Positions 27,481 through 40,500 of a stretch of 57,735 nt of DNA are shown here, piece by piece (positions within the stretch are counted from its first letter, which is position 1; each line of letters begins with the position of its first letter). The notes under the pieces were generated by a model. That model saw nothing but the letters and a program-made list of their open reading frames with translations, ran no database searches and was not told the origin of the DNA. This DNA comes from Octopus bimaculoides (taxonomy: Eukaryota): assembly GCF_001194135.2 (NCBI RefSeq), contig NC_068983.1, positions 116,297,881 through 116,355,615 of the forward strand. Reading direction: 5' to 3'. Position numbers and translations under genes: made by a program.

Positions 27481-28391
27481 TGGGTCACTCCATAAATAAT
27501 GCAGTTTTTTTCAATTGCATGAACTAAAAGTCAGAGGTCGATGGGATAAACTACTTGCATCAACTTGCTATAAAAGCAGGTAGTAATTTTACCATATCCT
27601 TATGCTTAGGGCAAGTTTTGAAGAGTGCAGTTCGATTTTAACAATTATTTTTCCAAAGCTATAATAGAAGTGACAAAGGAGCATATTTGGCATATTTTGC
27701 CTTTTGAGTTCAATAAAGGTGACAATGCAACAGAAAGTGCAAGGAATATTAACGCAGTGTATGGGGATTGGACAATAAGTGCAAGCCAGTGTCAACGATG
27801 GTTCCAGAAATTCTGAGCTGGAAACCACAACTTAGAAGATGAACCTTGTCCTGGAAGATTTGTAGAGCTCAATGAGGACGTCCTGCAAATCTTGGTGGAA
27901 CAAAATCCCATCGTAACTTTTGAGGAACTAGCAGATAAGCTTGGATTTGGTCATTCAACCAGTCATTGACAGCTGCGTGCCATCAGAAAAGTCAGCAAAT
28001 TGGGTCAATGAGTTCCTCACAAACTTTGAGTTTAATACTCAGCCAGGATGAGGATGACATTGCAAAGGCTGGAGCAATTTGATTGAGAAATGATGCTCCA
28101 CTCACCATATTCGTTGGACATTGCCCTTTCTGATTATCAGTTATTCTTCAGTCTTCAAAATCGTTTGGATGGAAAAAATATGAATTCTGTAGATGAGGTC
28201 AGAACAGTACTGGAGGAGTATTTTTTGTTATGGACAAATGAATTTTGGAAGAGGGTCTTTGCAATTCTACCAGATAGATGGAAGAGCATTGTAATAAAAC
28301 AGAGAGGATATTTTAGATTAAAAAGAACTTTGTTTTAATTTTGAAAAATAAAAGAAGTATAAAAACACTGCATTATTTATGGGATGACCCA
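27481..28391 (+). mobile_element. Internally deleted mariner transposon (911 bp)
   Basis: ~28-bp TIRs tgggtcactccataaataatgcagt / actgcattatttatgggatgaccca. ORF remnants KEHIWHILPFEFNKG...QCQRWFQKF, LGQ*VPHKL (WVPHEL motif) and HSPYSLDIALSDYQLF (YSPDLAPSDY motif). The region holding the first two catalytic Asp is missing. Confidence 0.9.
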
Positions 28392-28470
28392 TTTAAATGT
28401 GAATATCTCCTAAGTCTTGAGAAGAATTTGAAATCTGATAATTAATTCCAGTTTCATAGCATGAAATGAA

Positions 28471-28602
28471 TATTGGATAAATCTTACTAAAGAATATATG
28501 ATATTGGATAAATCTCACTAAAAATTATATGGTGTTGGATAAATCTCATTAAAAATTATATGGTATTGGATAAATCTCACTAAAAAATATATGGTATTTT
28601 AA
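28471..28602. repeat. Minisatellite, 31-bp unit x ~4 (tattggataaatctcactaaaaattatatgg)
   Basis: Units start at 28471, 28502, 28533 and 28564, contiguous with no spacers. Confidence 0.9.
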
Positions 28603-31600
28603 ATATATTCCCCAGAAAATATCATAAATATATTCCCCAGAAACTTTTGACCAGTAGGTAGCAGTATAGAGTAATGGTTTTTTTGTCCTGACATAGAACA
28701 AAGCATCTACAGTGGATTTTGAACTCTTCATCCACCAGTAAGCCTTCTGCTTGGCTGTTGTAATACTCTCACATGCACACATACACACACACACACTGAC
28801 ACACACATGCACTGACTCTCTCTCACTGATACACGCATATGCATATGCATGCACACACACACTTGTGGGTGTGTTTGTGTCTATTAAGGGATGCTTCAGT
28901 ATCTGTAGTTTCTCAGAAAAACAAAGTCAGCAGTTGGTTAGCGTAACCTCACACATAATTGAAATGTCTCACTCTACCCTCTGCATTTGCCTAGAGGACG
29001 TAGTTTTTGTCTGTGCGTCTTTGAGAAATTTTGCATATTCAAACAGCCCACTGTATCCCTTCACAAGAAAAATCAATTCATACTGCTGTCATCAATGGAG
29101 TTCTCTCTTAGTTAATTTTTAAGCCATTAGTTGATAGCACTGTTTCATGATTTTCACTGAATTTCCATTAAGCGCAAAGGAAACTAGTCTTATCTTGCAC
29201 ATCAGAGTGGACCACCAGCAGCTGCTACAATACCATACAACTCGACTCCATCATGTGATCAAAATCATTTCGAAGAAGCTTTCTATATCATCTAATGACA
29301 ATTAGCCTTCGTTAGAATTTGTTGCCTTACTACAGCATCTGACCTACGGACATACTTTTAAATTTATGAAACTAATGCAGATTTAAGTCACAAACTGTTA
29401 ACACATATCTACTGTCTACAATGTGCTTTAAGTGTTCTTTTCTCTTGTTTGTATACATATGTGTATGAANNNNNNNNNNATGTATGTATGTATGTATTTC
29501 AGTAATCTATTCTTTTGTGGTAATTTCATTCTTTTGTGCTGATTTCATTGAGGTATCTTGTTGGAAATCAAGTAAGCAGTTTGATATATTGCCGTTTCAT
29601 GACCTTATCCACAATAGCTGACTGAGTTTTAGGAAGTATTTCCTCTCTATCTGTAGTATTTCGACTTAGCTCATGCATTTCTATTGAAAATAACATTCCT
29701 CATGACTTGGTATTAAAATCAAAATTTGTCAACAGAAGAATTGCAGTAAACATATAGATATTTTAATGTGTTTTGATATTGTTCATAATTTGTTCCTTGT
29801 TTTTTTTTTCTTTGTTTTTTTTAATCACATACATAGAATGTCTCCAAATGTGTTGAATTCTTTGTTGCTTAGCATGAATTGTATGTATTTTCTAATAGTA
29901 TTCTTTACTGTTAGGATCTTTCTTTTGTCTTAGTTGTTCTTTTCTTTCTTGGTTCTTGTACAAGCATGTTAAATATCATGATTTTTAGTTGCATCATATT
30001 TCTGTTGAATATTTTATTTTCCACACTTGTACACATCTCTAACTGTGATACTTTTCTTAATTTGTAAACTTATAATTCTGCAATCTAATTTCTCCTTGGC
30101 TAGATTCTTATGAAATTTTCAAAAGAAAATATTTTTAAACTAATATTTTCATCACATTTATTCTAAAAAGAGAAGATCTCTCTGTCCTTTCATTTGATGT
30201 GTTCCAAATGTCTGTATGGAAAATTCAATAAATTTAAAGAAATTTTACTGTCAAAGGGATTTTATTTTCCTTCATATTATTTATAATGTGGTATCTGTAT
30301 TACTGAAAAGGAAGGCATTTATGGAAATACATTTCACTAAAAAATATATGGTATTTTAACTACATTACTGTTGAGTAACCAAATGAAAAGAGGCAAAAAA
30401 AATGATGAAACACATTCACTACAAAAATGTAACTATAGAAAATGAGCTGTAGGTTCTTTAGAATTTAATATTACTTTTTTTCACTCACTCTAAATACCAC
30501 TCTAATTGCCTCAGTTTCTCCCATGGATGAATAGCTTGTCAGAGAATCTAATCTGTATGATTGTCTCTGAAATTTAGAAGTTGAAGATTTGTACCCTTTG
30601 TGTGTGTATATAAACTCCACTGGGAAATAGGTTCTTCCAGTTCATAATACAGGACTTGGATTCCTAAAAATGGTGAAGATGCCAGAGTTTAAACTTTGTT
30701 GACTATGTCTTTTATGCAATGCAACTTAGTAATTTAGGGGTTCTGAATTCGAATCAGAACAGTGTTAACTTGCTGTTTATCTATTTTGCGTTAACTTCTT
30801 AGTTCCTAACCATGAGAAAACTTGCAATAAAACTAAAATGTCATTTGTAGTGCTAAAGAGATAAAATGATGACTGATCCTGAGATAGTTTGTGATTGTAG
30901 TCTTCCTTTTAGAATTCTGTTTTATTCATTTATATATATGTAATTGCCTCAAAGTTTTTTATGCTGACCAATCAGAAACATTCTTCTATTGTTGTCAGTG
31001 GCTTTTAGTGTGAAATTTAGTTACAGTAGCTGATTTGAATGATTTTCGTCTTTTAGTTGTTTTCACACATATACTTAGACACATGTAGCTGTTGCTTTGT
31101 AACTGAAACAACTGGAAATAGTTATGGCAGCTGAGATCAGTTCAAGGGTGGTTGTAGTTGACAAGAGGCTACAGTTGGAACTCTTCTTCAGGCAAAGGCA
31201 AATTCAGTTCTTACTACTCCATTCAGATGAAGTGTACAGGCCAAAAAGCAAATGCTTGTGACCCTGAGATACCAGCTGAAGATACAGAAGTTTTTTCAAA
31301 TGCTGCATTTGCTTTCATTACTATCAAGAGAAGAATTTACAATATATATTTTGTGCATGTGTATTTGTATGTATACATTTGTATATGTGTGTGAGTATTA
31401 AAGTTAATTTACAACACATTTACATATGTACATAAACATACATGCACACACACACATGTATGCATACAATGAATGAAACTCGATTTCAAGCAATGCTATC
31501 ACTTTCTTGTTCTCCTAAAGCAACATGGATATGACTTTTTGACCTTGCTTGGTACTTGCACTCTTTTGCAGGAGGTATTCGGAGAGTTACCACTTAAGCT

Positions 31601-32053
31601 GACTCATGCCTTCATTCCATCATGGAACTTTTCTATGAATGTTTTACTCTTTCAGTTATGACCAGGCAAATTAAGCAACATGACAGAGATGTTAAAAAAA
31701 TCAAGCAATGCCTGTGCCTGAAGCTTTTTAAAGAGAAGGAAGGCCTTGTACCAGGCCAATTTCACTCTCTAAACAATGTGTGCATTTTTTGCCTAAGAAG
31801 AAGAACTGTCTACATTATAGAAGTAAATGAAATTGTAATTGTTACATTTGTGTTTTCTTTCTCTGAGAGAGGTCGCTGAGCATAGGCTAGGGGTCTTTCA
31901 CATTCTGGCTGTTGGATGACTATTGACTCTGCTGTGTTTTGCTACCCTTTGATAGGTTTTACTTATTGTCCCACAGTGTCCAGTGAAAACCACCGTCCAT
32001 GTCTGGCAGGATTTGTTTAGTCATGCCTGACATTCATACACAATCTATCTATC

Positions 32054-32129
<76 letters not shown>

Positions 32130-33084
32130 AATATATATATATATATGTGTGTGTGTGTATGTACATACATACATACATACAGAGAGAGAGAAAGATGTGG
32201 CTTTATGAAAATATGCATGTGTGTTGAATATATCATTTAGATAAGCTTATGGCAATCACTGGTTTGTAATTATTTTTCTCTGATTCACCCAAAATATATA
32301 AAGAGTTAATTAATCATTAATTCCCTCTTTGAATTGTAAGAAGTTCTCTGCATTATTTCTTTATTGTTTTATATCTATTTGTGTGTGTATGTTCATAAAT
32401 GTACACACAATGTGGTGTGTACGTTTATGTACTACACACATATACATGCTAATGAATATGTATGTATGTGTGTGTTTCCTCAAACATTCTCTCATATCTG
32501 CCATCAGTACCCCCACCACCTTTGTTCTTCACTTGCTATTTCTGCTGCTAATTTTCTCTGATTTCTGTCTCTGTCACTATGCATCCTTCTCTCCTCTCCC
32601 CACACTTGATGTCATTTCCTTATTTTGCATCTGTTTATAGTTTTATTATTCTGTTGTCCTCCACCCTGCCCTTTTGTACTATCCCCTAACACCTCAGTCA
32701 CTCTGACCCACTCATATTTTCTTCACCTTTGTGTTCACCTTTCATTTCATTCACTCTCTACCATTTACTTCTCACACTTAAGTGAATATATCTGCTCCTC
32801 TTCTCTCTTGTACTCAACTGTTTGTACTTTGAGGGTATGTCCTGAGACCTCATCACCATGTCTTTTCTCTCGTTCCAGCTGGGATAGTCTTGTATCTTTT
32901 CTATAGCACGGCACTTGTTCCTGTCCCTCTGCCATACTTTAACCCCTCATCACCTGGCATAGAACCACTTCTCTCAATCATACTATATGCCCACTATGTA
33001 TCCACTTAGCATATTGGTGGATAGGCTAAAATGCAGAATCCAAACTTCAGAAAGCAAATTCTTTCAATACACATTTAGTGTGTT

Positions 33085-33087
33085 TGT

Positions 33088-33126
<39 letters not shown>

Positions 33127-33350
33127 TTATGTATTTATATGTATGTATATATACATATATATATCTGTGTATGTATATATATGTATGTATTTATATATAT
33201 CTGTATATATCTATGTATGTATTTATATGTATATATATATCTATGTATTTATATATATGTATGTATTTGTATGTATATATATGTATCTATGGATATATGT
33301 ATATGTGTGAAGATGTATATATATGTATGTTTATGTATGTATGTATATGC

Positions 33351-33394
<44 letters not shown>

Positions 33395-33500
33395 AATTAT
33401 ATTTGTGTATATATGTACGTATGTATATATTTTTGTATATGTATGTACATCCATGTATGTAAGTATATGTATATGTGTGTATATATGTATATATATCTAG
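33085..33500. repeat. Long compound (TG)n/(TA)n/(TATG)n microsatellite
   Basis: Directly visible. Source of the spurious Y/I/V/C/M-rich ORFs at 32987-33535. Confidence 0.9.
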
Positions 33501-35455
33501 ATTACTTGATGTATATTTTCATAAGTGCTGTTTAATGTTCATATTTCAGTATCAGCATACTATATATTTACATTCATATTTGTTTATATTTGTATATATG
33601 TATACATATGTCCTTTCCTGTTTATATATACAAATATAGATATGTGTGTACATATGTACACACATTGACACACACATATATTCTCAGTTTTGTAGTAATA
33701 ATTTGAAACTATATTGTGAAAGCAAATCATATCAGTTACCATTTTGTTACATTCTCCCCGCCCCCCAATTATCCCAGTAGTTTCAACTTTACTTTTTGTT
33801 CTCTCAAAATGATATTAAGGTTAAAGTGAAAACGTTAAAATAAAATTCTAGCATGCGCGAATTAGCGAAAGAAATAATGGAGGTCTTGTTTATGTAAGTT
33901 ACGTAAAAAAAACAAAAAAAAAACAACAATCACATATCAAGAAACTGGCATAAACTATTTATTGAAAATCTCTGTTTTGCAAAGAAAAAATATTAATCTA
34001 TTGTTTGTTCAGAGACACTGTATCTTCTAAAGGTAATGATTATGTGATATTGACACTTTCCATATTGGTAATAACAATCAAGTGCTGTAAAAATATTATG
34101 AAGAGCTATTATAAAAAATTTTATCATGTTATATTTAACTCTACTCTAAGAGTCACTCTTAAGCTACATTAAAATGGATACCCAGTCAATTAACTTAAAT
34201 TTACTGATAAATTCACTCACCCACTTGCAAAGTCCCATATATTAAAAAGACAGAAAAGAAAAGAAAATGTGGAATTTTACAACTTTTCTCGTGATATTAG
34301 CTTTATGATTTTGCTTCCAGTCTTTTCAGTAATTATAATGCCCCCCCCCCCCGAAACTTAATCATTGTGGATTATAATCCTGTGTATTCCGATAGACCTT
34401 TTCCCTTTTTGCTTCTCCCCAAATTTTCAGACTGCATCCATCTATGAAGACACTTTCCATTTATCCTATCCTGGTTGATTCTTAACTGATGTGAAGATTT
34501 TATTTAGCAATCCACTTCTTGGGTTGCCAACCTGCTGGAGTTGTTTAATTTCAGGTTTTCTTGTCTCTTTGTCTTGCTATCATCTTTTGACAATCGTATC
34601 ACTGTTCCTTGTGGCAAGAAGTAGAGTCTGAGTTCAAAAGACTGAAACTGCTTGGCATCTCATCTAACCCTTTAACAATTCTACTAATTCACATTGTTCT
34701 GGATTGGTATTTTCTTTATTAAATGCCTCCCCTCTACACAAAGGATGGAAAACAATGTGTTGACTTCACTGTGGGATTGGCATTATACTGAGCATTAGAA
34801 CAAATATTGCAAAGCATCCTATCTGATATTCTAATGCGTCTGCCAAACCATTCTGTTGCATTGATTTATTCATATTAAAACAACAACAACATTGTCATGA
34901 ATCCTTTACTTGCAAATCCAGAAAAATTCATACAAAATTTCTGGACTGTGAAGGCACAAGAGTCTTCCTTCTCAAATTTGCAGGTATAATTGTAAAAAGA
35001 ACACAGATGTGTAGTGTGAATTTGGCTTCCAACTTGTTTGCAGTTAATCTGTTTATTGTAAAATGTTGATGATAATGATGGTGTGGTAGTGATAGTATGT
35101 GTTTGGAAAAATACTGTCATAAGACATCAAGTTAAGAGTTTGGTATCTTACTCTTTTGACCATTGGAAAGACACTTGAGTCTGTAATTGTTACAAGTTTC
35201 TGTGACATTAAAGAGTGCATATGATTCTCAGTCATAATTTAGAAGCTAGTATATTGCAAATTAGTTTACTCTGATCAGTTAGTACATACTTTAAAATTAG
35301 ATAAACTTAGGCAAGTAGACGTAAGTACTTTGCTCAAGGAAATTCTATTGTATATTAGGCATTATACATTTGCAACTCACATTCGCTAAATCACTTGGAA
35401 ATAATCATCAAATATTAACATAACCTATTTGGTCATTTTGTTCTCTCTCTCTCTC

Positions 35456-35528
<73 letters not shown>

Positions 35529-35668
35529 TGAAATGTGAAGGTAATTTTTTAAAAAAATGTTATGAAATCTTTTATGAGGATGTTATTAACCAGTTTTGGG
35601 AAAATGTTTTCCTTCTAGTCTGTAAGCGCCTTCATTAAACCTTTTCAAACACACACGCACACACACAC

Positions 35669-35705
<37 letters not shown>

Positions 35706-35769
35706 CAAACTTATATATTTATAAATATGCATGTAGTTGTGGAAGATGCAATGAAAGCTACTGTTGTTG

Positions 35770-35975
35770 TTTACTCTCACATCAGCCCCAACTGAGCAGA
35801 TCTGTTATAAAAGACATTCCAGATCATGCTAGCTTTTTCTTTTCAATTAGTGTATCTTGGACTATCGTGTCCACCCTTTTTAAATGAGTAATGTGTGTTT
35901 TGAGGAAGATTTGGATACTATTTCTGCCACGTTCAGTGATCATATGATCACTGAACCTGGCAGAAATAGCATCCA
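35770..35975 (-). mobile_element. CORE-like SINE fragment ending in a 62-bp foldback
   Basis: Reverse complement of the family segment gaaatagcagccaaatct...caaaNcacac...aaaggNNggacac...agatacact...ggaatgtctttNat. Palindrome at 35913-35974. Confidence 0.6.
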
Positions 35976-37721
35976 TATACTCATATGGAAAGCTTGTTCT
36001 GTGGCACTGGTTGTACCTCAAATTTGACTTCAGAGTATGAAGGTATTTAATTCTTTCTTATTTTTAGGGTTGAATTTGGTAAGAATTTGGAAAATATTCA
36101 TTATCAATCAGATTTAATATTTTCCACCTCTTCCAGCTAGAATTCAGTATGTGGGCAGCTTCAAAATCCTTTAGTTTTATTTACCTCTGATTGTATACAC
36201 ATATTTTTCAGTGCATCTTATCTATATATATATATATACATACATGCAGGGCACAGGCATAGTCGTGCTGTTAAAATGTTTAGTACACAGCTACATGGTT
36301 TTGAGTTCAATCCCATGGTGTAGCACTTTGGACAAATCTCATCCATCATGGCTTCTGGTAGAACACAGCCTTTAGTAGAATGAAAATTGTGTCCAGATCT
36401 ACTGGAAGAATCACTCTTGTTTTTTTGCGTGGTCATCTTGTTTAACTCCACTACCTGGTCAATGGTGCCTTAGCAGAATCCACTCTGTTTCAAGCGTTGG
36501 GCTAGGTATCCAGTTGAGGCATTTTCTTTCACCATTTTTGGAGATATTGAATAAGGTTGTGGATGTTGCTCATCCTCCCATGACTAAAATATAAAAAAAA
36601 AAAAAATGAAATGTTTTAATTACTTCATTTAGTTTACACTGTATCACCGCAACCTTTATTTTAATAGAAGATAGTCTTTATATTTATATTCAATTGCTGT
36701 TTAGTTTATTGCCTTGAAGATTCCTGCATCAGTCCTGTATCTCAGTTCAGTTATAAGTTTTGCTGTTTGTCCTTGCTTCATTTTAGTTTCCTGCCTCGTA
36801 TCTGCATGGCTGTTATTAATGTAGTTGCAACTGTAATTATTGTTGTACCTCTTGTTGTGAGTTTTGTTTTTATGTTCAGTCACACAATTTGCACATTGGC
36901 ATCATCAAGATAGCATGCTTAATTGCTCATTTGTTAATTAGTCCACAAGAAATTATCATACCTTGTTTTTGTTAGCCAATTATTTCAAACTTTTGTTGTT
37001 TTTATTTTTGAATATTTTCTGTAGTTAGAATATATTTCCTAAATTGTTGTTTAAAAGTTGTTAATGTATGAATTATGTTGTAGCCTTATATCATACAGAG
37101 CTATTGATAGTGTAATTTGAAAAGTATTTCCAATATTTGTTAGCTAATCCTTAGAAAATATTTGCAAATCAGTAAGTTTATTTATTGCGGTTAGCTATTC
37201 CAAAGAAAATTTATTTGGTTTAGTTGTTCTAAAGCAAATGTCAGTATAATATCAGATATTTGTTCAGTTTTAATTCATTTTTTTTGTCTTTGTTTTATAT
37301 TTTTCCCTGCCTAGATTTTGATTAGATATAAAATTTGTTAAACACTGAATAAACTTAAGAATGTTAGTACATGTGTTTGAATGTATGTTCATGAATGCTT
37401 TGCAATGTTTATATATACACTAGGTCATGCTCTCAGATGTGGGGAAAAATTGATTGCAGTAAATGTACATAGAAATCTGTAGAAATATATAGAACATCCA
37501 CAAAGGTGGAAATGTTCTACCATAGTGTTTAGAAATTTTTCAAACACACATATGTAAAACAAATCTCTTGGAAGTCTACTTATAAATTTTGAGGGATTGG
37601 GGGTGGTGGAATAAAAGTTGTTTTGGAAACTAAATTTAGTATGTTGATGTGAAGTTGCTTGATTTCTTTTTTTTTTTTATGACATGTTGCTATGTTTTTA
37701 TCATCATTGATTGAGAAAGTA

Positions 37722-39026
37722 CCAGGTTGAGTCAAAAGTTTTTTTCATATTTCAATTAATAGTCCAAACAAATTGTGTATGTAAATATATACCATCATAT
37801 TCTATTGTCTGTTGCCATCATTGAGCCAGAAATTCAATGATGGCAACCATTTGGCTGGTTTAGATGCAAAAAGCCTCCTTGCACCCATTTTCAACTTCAT
37901 CCACATTGTTGAACCTGCATTCATGCAGGAAATGAGCCATGGCTTGGAAATCTGATGGAGTCAGGTCTGGACTGTAGGCAGGGTGAGCAGTACTTCCAGC
38001 CCCTCAAGTTCTTTAAGTTTGTGTTTGCTGGGACAATGTCATTCTGTAGGAGTGCAAGTCTTTGATTGACCAGTGCTTGGCAGCAGGCTTTGAAAGCATC
38101 ATATACTTGCCGTAGTTGTTGAGCATAAAGGTTAGCATTGACAACATAATCATCTGGAACAAGCTCAAAGTGCATTGTCTCAAAATTCCACCAAACACAC
38201 AACAAAAAGTTACTTCTGTTCAAACCACATTTGTTTGACAACAGGTTCTGAAGTCTAGCTGGAATGAAGCCATTGATTTCTTTTATTAGGATTACGAAAA
38301 TAGATCAATTTTTCATTCCCAGTTACAATCTAACTCCAAAATGGTCATCTCAAAGATTTGCCAGCAGTTGTTGCAAATGTTCACATGTTGCTGAGCCTAG
38401 TCACTGGTAAGTTCATGGGGAACTTCTTGATAGTGTCTGTTCATAAGGGCGAGTCAATTGATGGTGCTTTGTGAGGGAGCAAGTTCAGCCGAAAATGTAT
38501 GAGAACTTGTGCTTGGCTGTTGTTTAACCATTTGAAACAAGACTTCATCTTCTACAACAGGTTTCCTTGACTGTCATTCCTATTTGTGAAAATGTATAAA
38601 AGCTTGTGCTTTGTTGTTGTTCAACCACTTGAAGCAAAGCTTCATCTTCCACAACAGAAGATTTCCTTGACTATGATTTGTATTTGGGTATGGTCTCACC
38701 TTCCTTGAAATGTCTGACCCAGTTTTGTACCACTCATTTCTTGACAGTTCCTGGGCATTCCACATCATTAATTTGTTTTGTTTCTGCTCTTGCACTCAGT
38801 CTTTTTTTCCTACAGGTTGTGTTAAAATGGCTCTAATTGCAATTTTTTCACCACTCATTATTAAAACTGTAAAATAAAGAATAAACAATGTTTATGTTAT
38901 ATATGAAAATAAAGCATAAAAGATTTAATGATTGGACAACTAGTTGTATCAAAATGATATAACATAGAGGTACAAGTTGCCAAAAATCATCAGTGAAAAT
39001 CTGGAAAGACTTTTGACTTAATCTAT
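37722..39026 (-). mobile_element. Near full-length decayed mariner transposon (~1.3 kb)
   Basis: Left TIR ccaggttgagtcaaaagtttt after TA (37720) and a degenerate right TIR aaagacttttgacttaatcta (~39005-39025). Minus-strand remnants INDVECPGTV..VQNWVRHFKEG (HTH), LLCVWWNFETMHFELVP...NANLYAQQL and LLQND, with stops and frameshifts. Confidence 0.85.
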
Positions 39027-39162
39027 GTTTTAATGAGTTGGTGTGGTATTACAATAAACTGTTAGATTTCGATCTATTAAAAAATATTTTCTGATACATA
39101 TATATGAGTGTATGTGAGTATGTGTACATATACATAAGACTTCACACATACATAAGGTGTGA

Positions 39163-39193
<31 letters not shown>

Positions 39194-39224
39194 CACAGCT
39201 TGTGAAGTCTTGTGTATGTGTATA

Positions 39225-39838
39225 CACACACGACAAAGTGTAAGTGATTTGAGAGAAAAATTGGGCATACGAGGCATCAAATATAGCATGCAAGAGAAAC
39301 GGCTGCATTCGTATAGCCAAGAAATGTGTATGAATGAAGACAATTCCATCAAGAGGTACTGATCTCTGATTGTTGAGGGAGCATGTGGAAGAGGTAGACC
39401 CAGGAAGATGTGGAACAAAGTGGTGAGAGAGGATCTACAGACGTTGGGACTCACAGAAGGGATGACAGGGGACCGAGACTCCTGGCAGTTTGCTATGCCT
39501 GAAAAGACACATCAAGCTAAGTAAAAAAAAGTGTGGCTGCCCTTGAATACAGGTTTGTCCCCTGCATTCCTTCCCAGCTGAGCATTCCTGATCTTGTAGG
39601 CTCATGGGTACTGGTGCCAGGTAAAAAGTACCTGAATCAGTGTCTTGTAAATGCAACACTGCCAGTGCTGCGTAAAAGCATCCAGTACACTCTGTAAAGT
39701 GGTTGGTGTTAGGAAGGGCATCCAACTGTAGAAACAGTGCCAAAACAGACATGAAACCTGGGCAGCTCTTCAGCTGGCCAGCTCTTGTCAAACTGTTCAA
39801 CTCATGCCAGCATGGATGACAGACATTAAATGATGATA
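39225..39838 (+). mobile_element. 5'-truncated RTE-clade LINE: RT C-terminus plus 3' UTR
   Basis: Translation SVSDLREKLGIRGI...EKRLH...EGACGRGRPRKMWNKVVREDLQTLGL...DRDSWQ matches the RTE C-terminal RLRWFGH...GRGRPRKTW...DR..WR pattern. UTR ends taaatgatga. Confidence 0.85.
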
Positions 39839-40339
39839 TACTTATGTATGCATGGAACAGTTTGTTTTTTTAAACTTGTTTTAATTTTCACATTCTATCT
39901 TAGATTTCTCTGTCACAAGTTGACCTTGTTCATATGAAGAATTATCTTTTGAGTTTCTTATTTGTGAGCTTCAAGATAAAAGTATGGTTTTTAGTGAGAG
40001 TATTGTTTCACAAGGAAAATAACAAAGGATTGAGAAATATTAGCTACTAATTTTAATCTTTTTGTTTCCATATTTAATTTATTACATTGGTTTCACCTGC
40101 ATTTTAATATTTATTTTTGATTTAAGATCTCCATATTTTCTCTATTGCTTATGGCACAGCATCACAAACTTGTACATGTTCAAACTTAGACATATTTTAG
40201 TAATTTCATCATATTGTTCAAGTATAAGTATTTGTGCCTTATATTTTATAACCCATATATTGATAGTTATGAAACTAGACCTAATGTATCTGCATGAATA
40301 TATACATCGTTAAATTTTTCTTCGTGAACTAACAAAAGA

Positions 40340-40500
40340 AGTCTCTGTGGTCACTCTACCTGCTAGATATAACAGCAAAATCTCTGTCAGATTACACTCT
40401 TCTGTTTCAAAGTAGAGAGAACATATTGGATGTTTCCCAAGATACTGAAAAGCAAGGTATGGTCAGGGTTGGAATGTCTTTGATCATAAATATGTTGAAC
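40340..40500 (+). mobile_element. SINE 3' fragment (CORE-like family)
   Basis: ggtcactctacctgctagatataacagcaaaatctc...cattggat...ggttggaatgtctttgatcat is shared with other copies in the window. Confidence 0.5.

Noticed and set aside
28471-28602. 31-bp repeats as a possible CRISPR array
   Set aside because: The units are contiguous with no unique spacers, the context is eukaryotic, and there are no cas genes.
32987-33535. Long Y/I/V/C/M/H/T-rich ORFs in the track (also near 946, 14826, 20745, 21854, 48125 and 56258)
   Set aside because: They are translations of (TA)n/(TG)n microsatellites or N-gaps, which lack stop codons by construction.
33830-33910. CpG-rich patch gcatgcgcgaattagcgaaag
   Set aside because: No ORF, splice sites or TIRs were identifiable. 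Probably a fragment of an unclassified repeat, and nothing further is supportable.
34400-34640. Minus-strand PAGWQPKKW resembling the RTE GRPRKRW motif
   Set aside because: Too degenerate to call a LINE fragment with any confidence.
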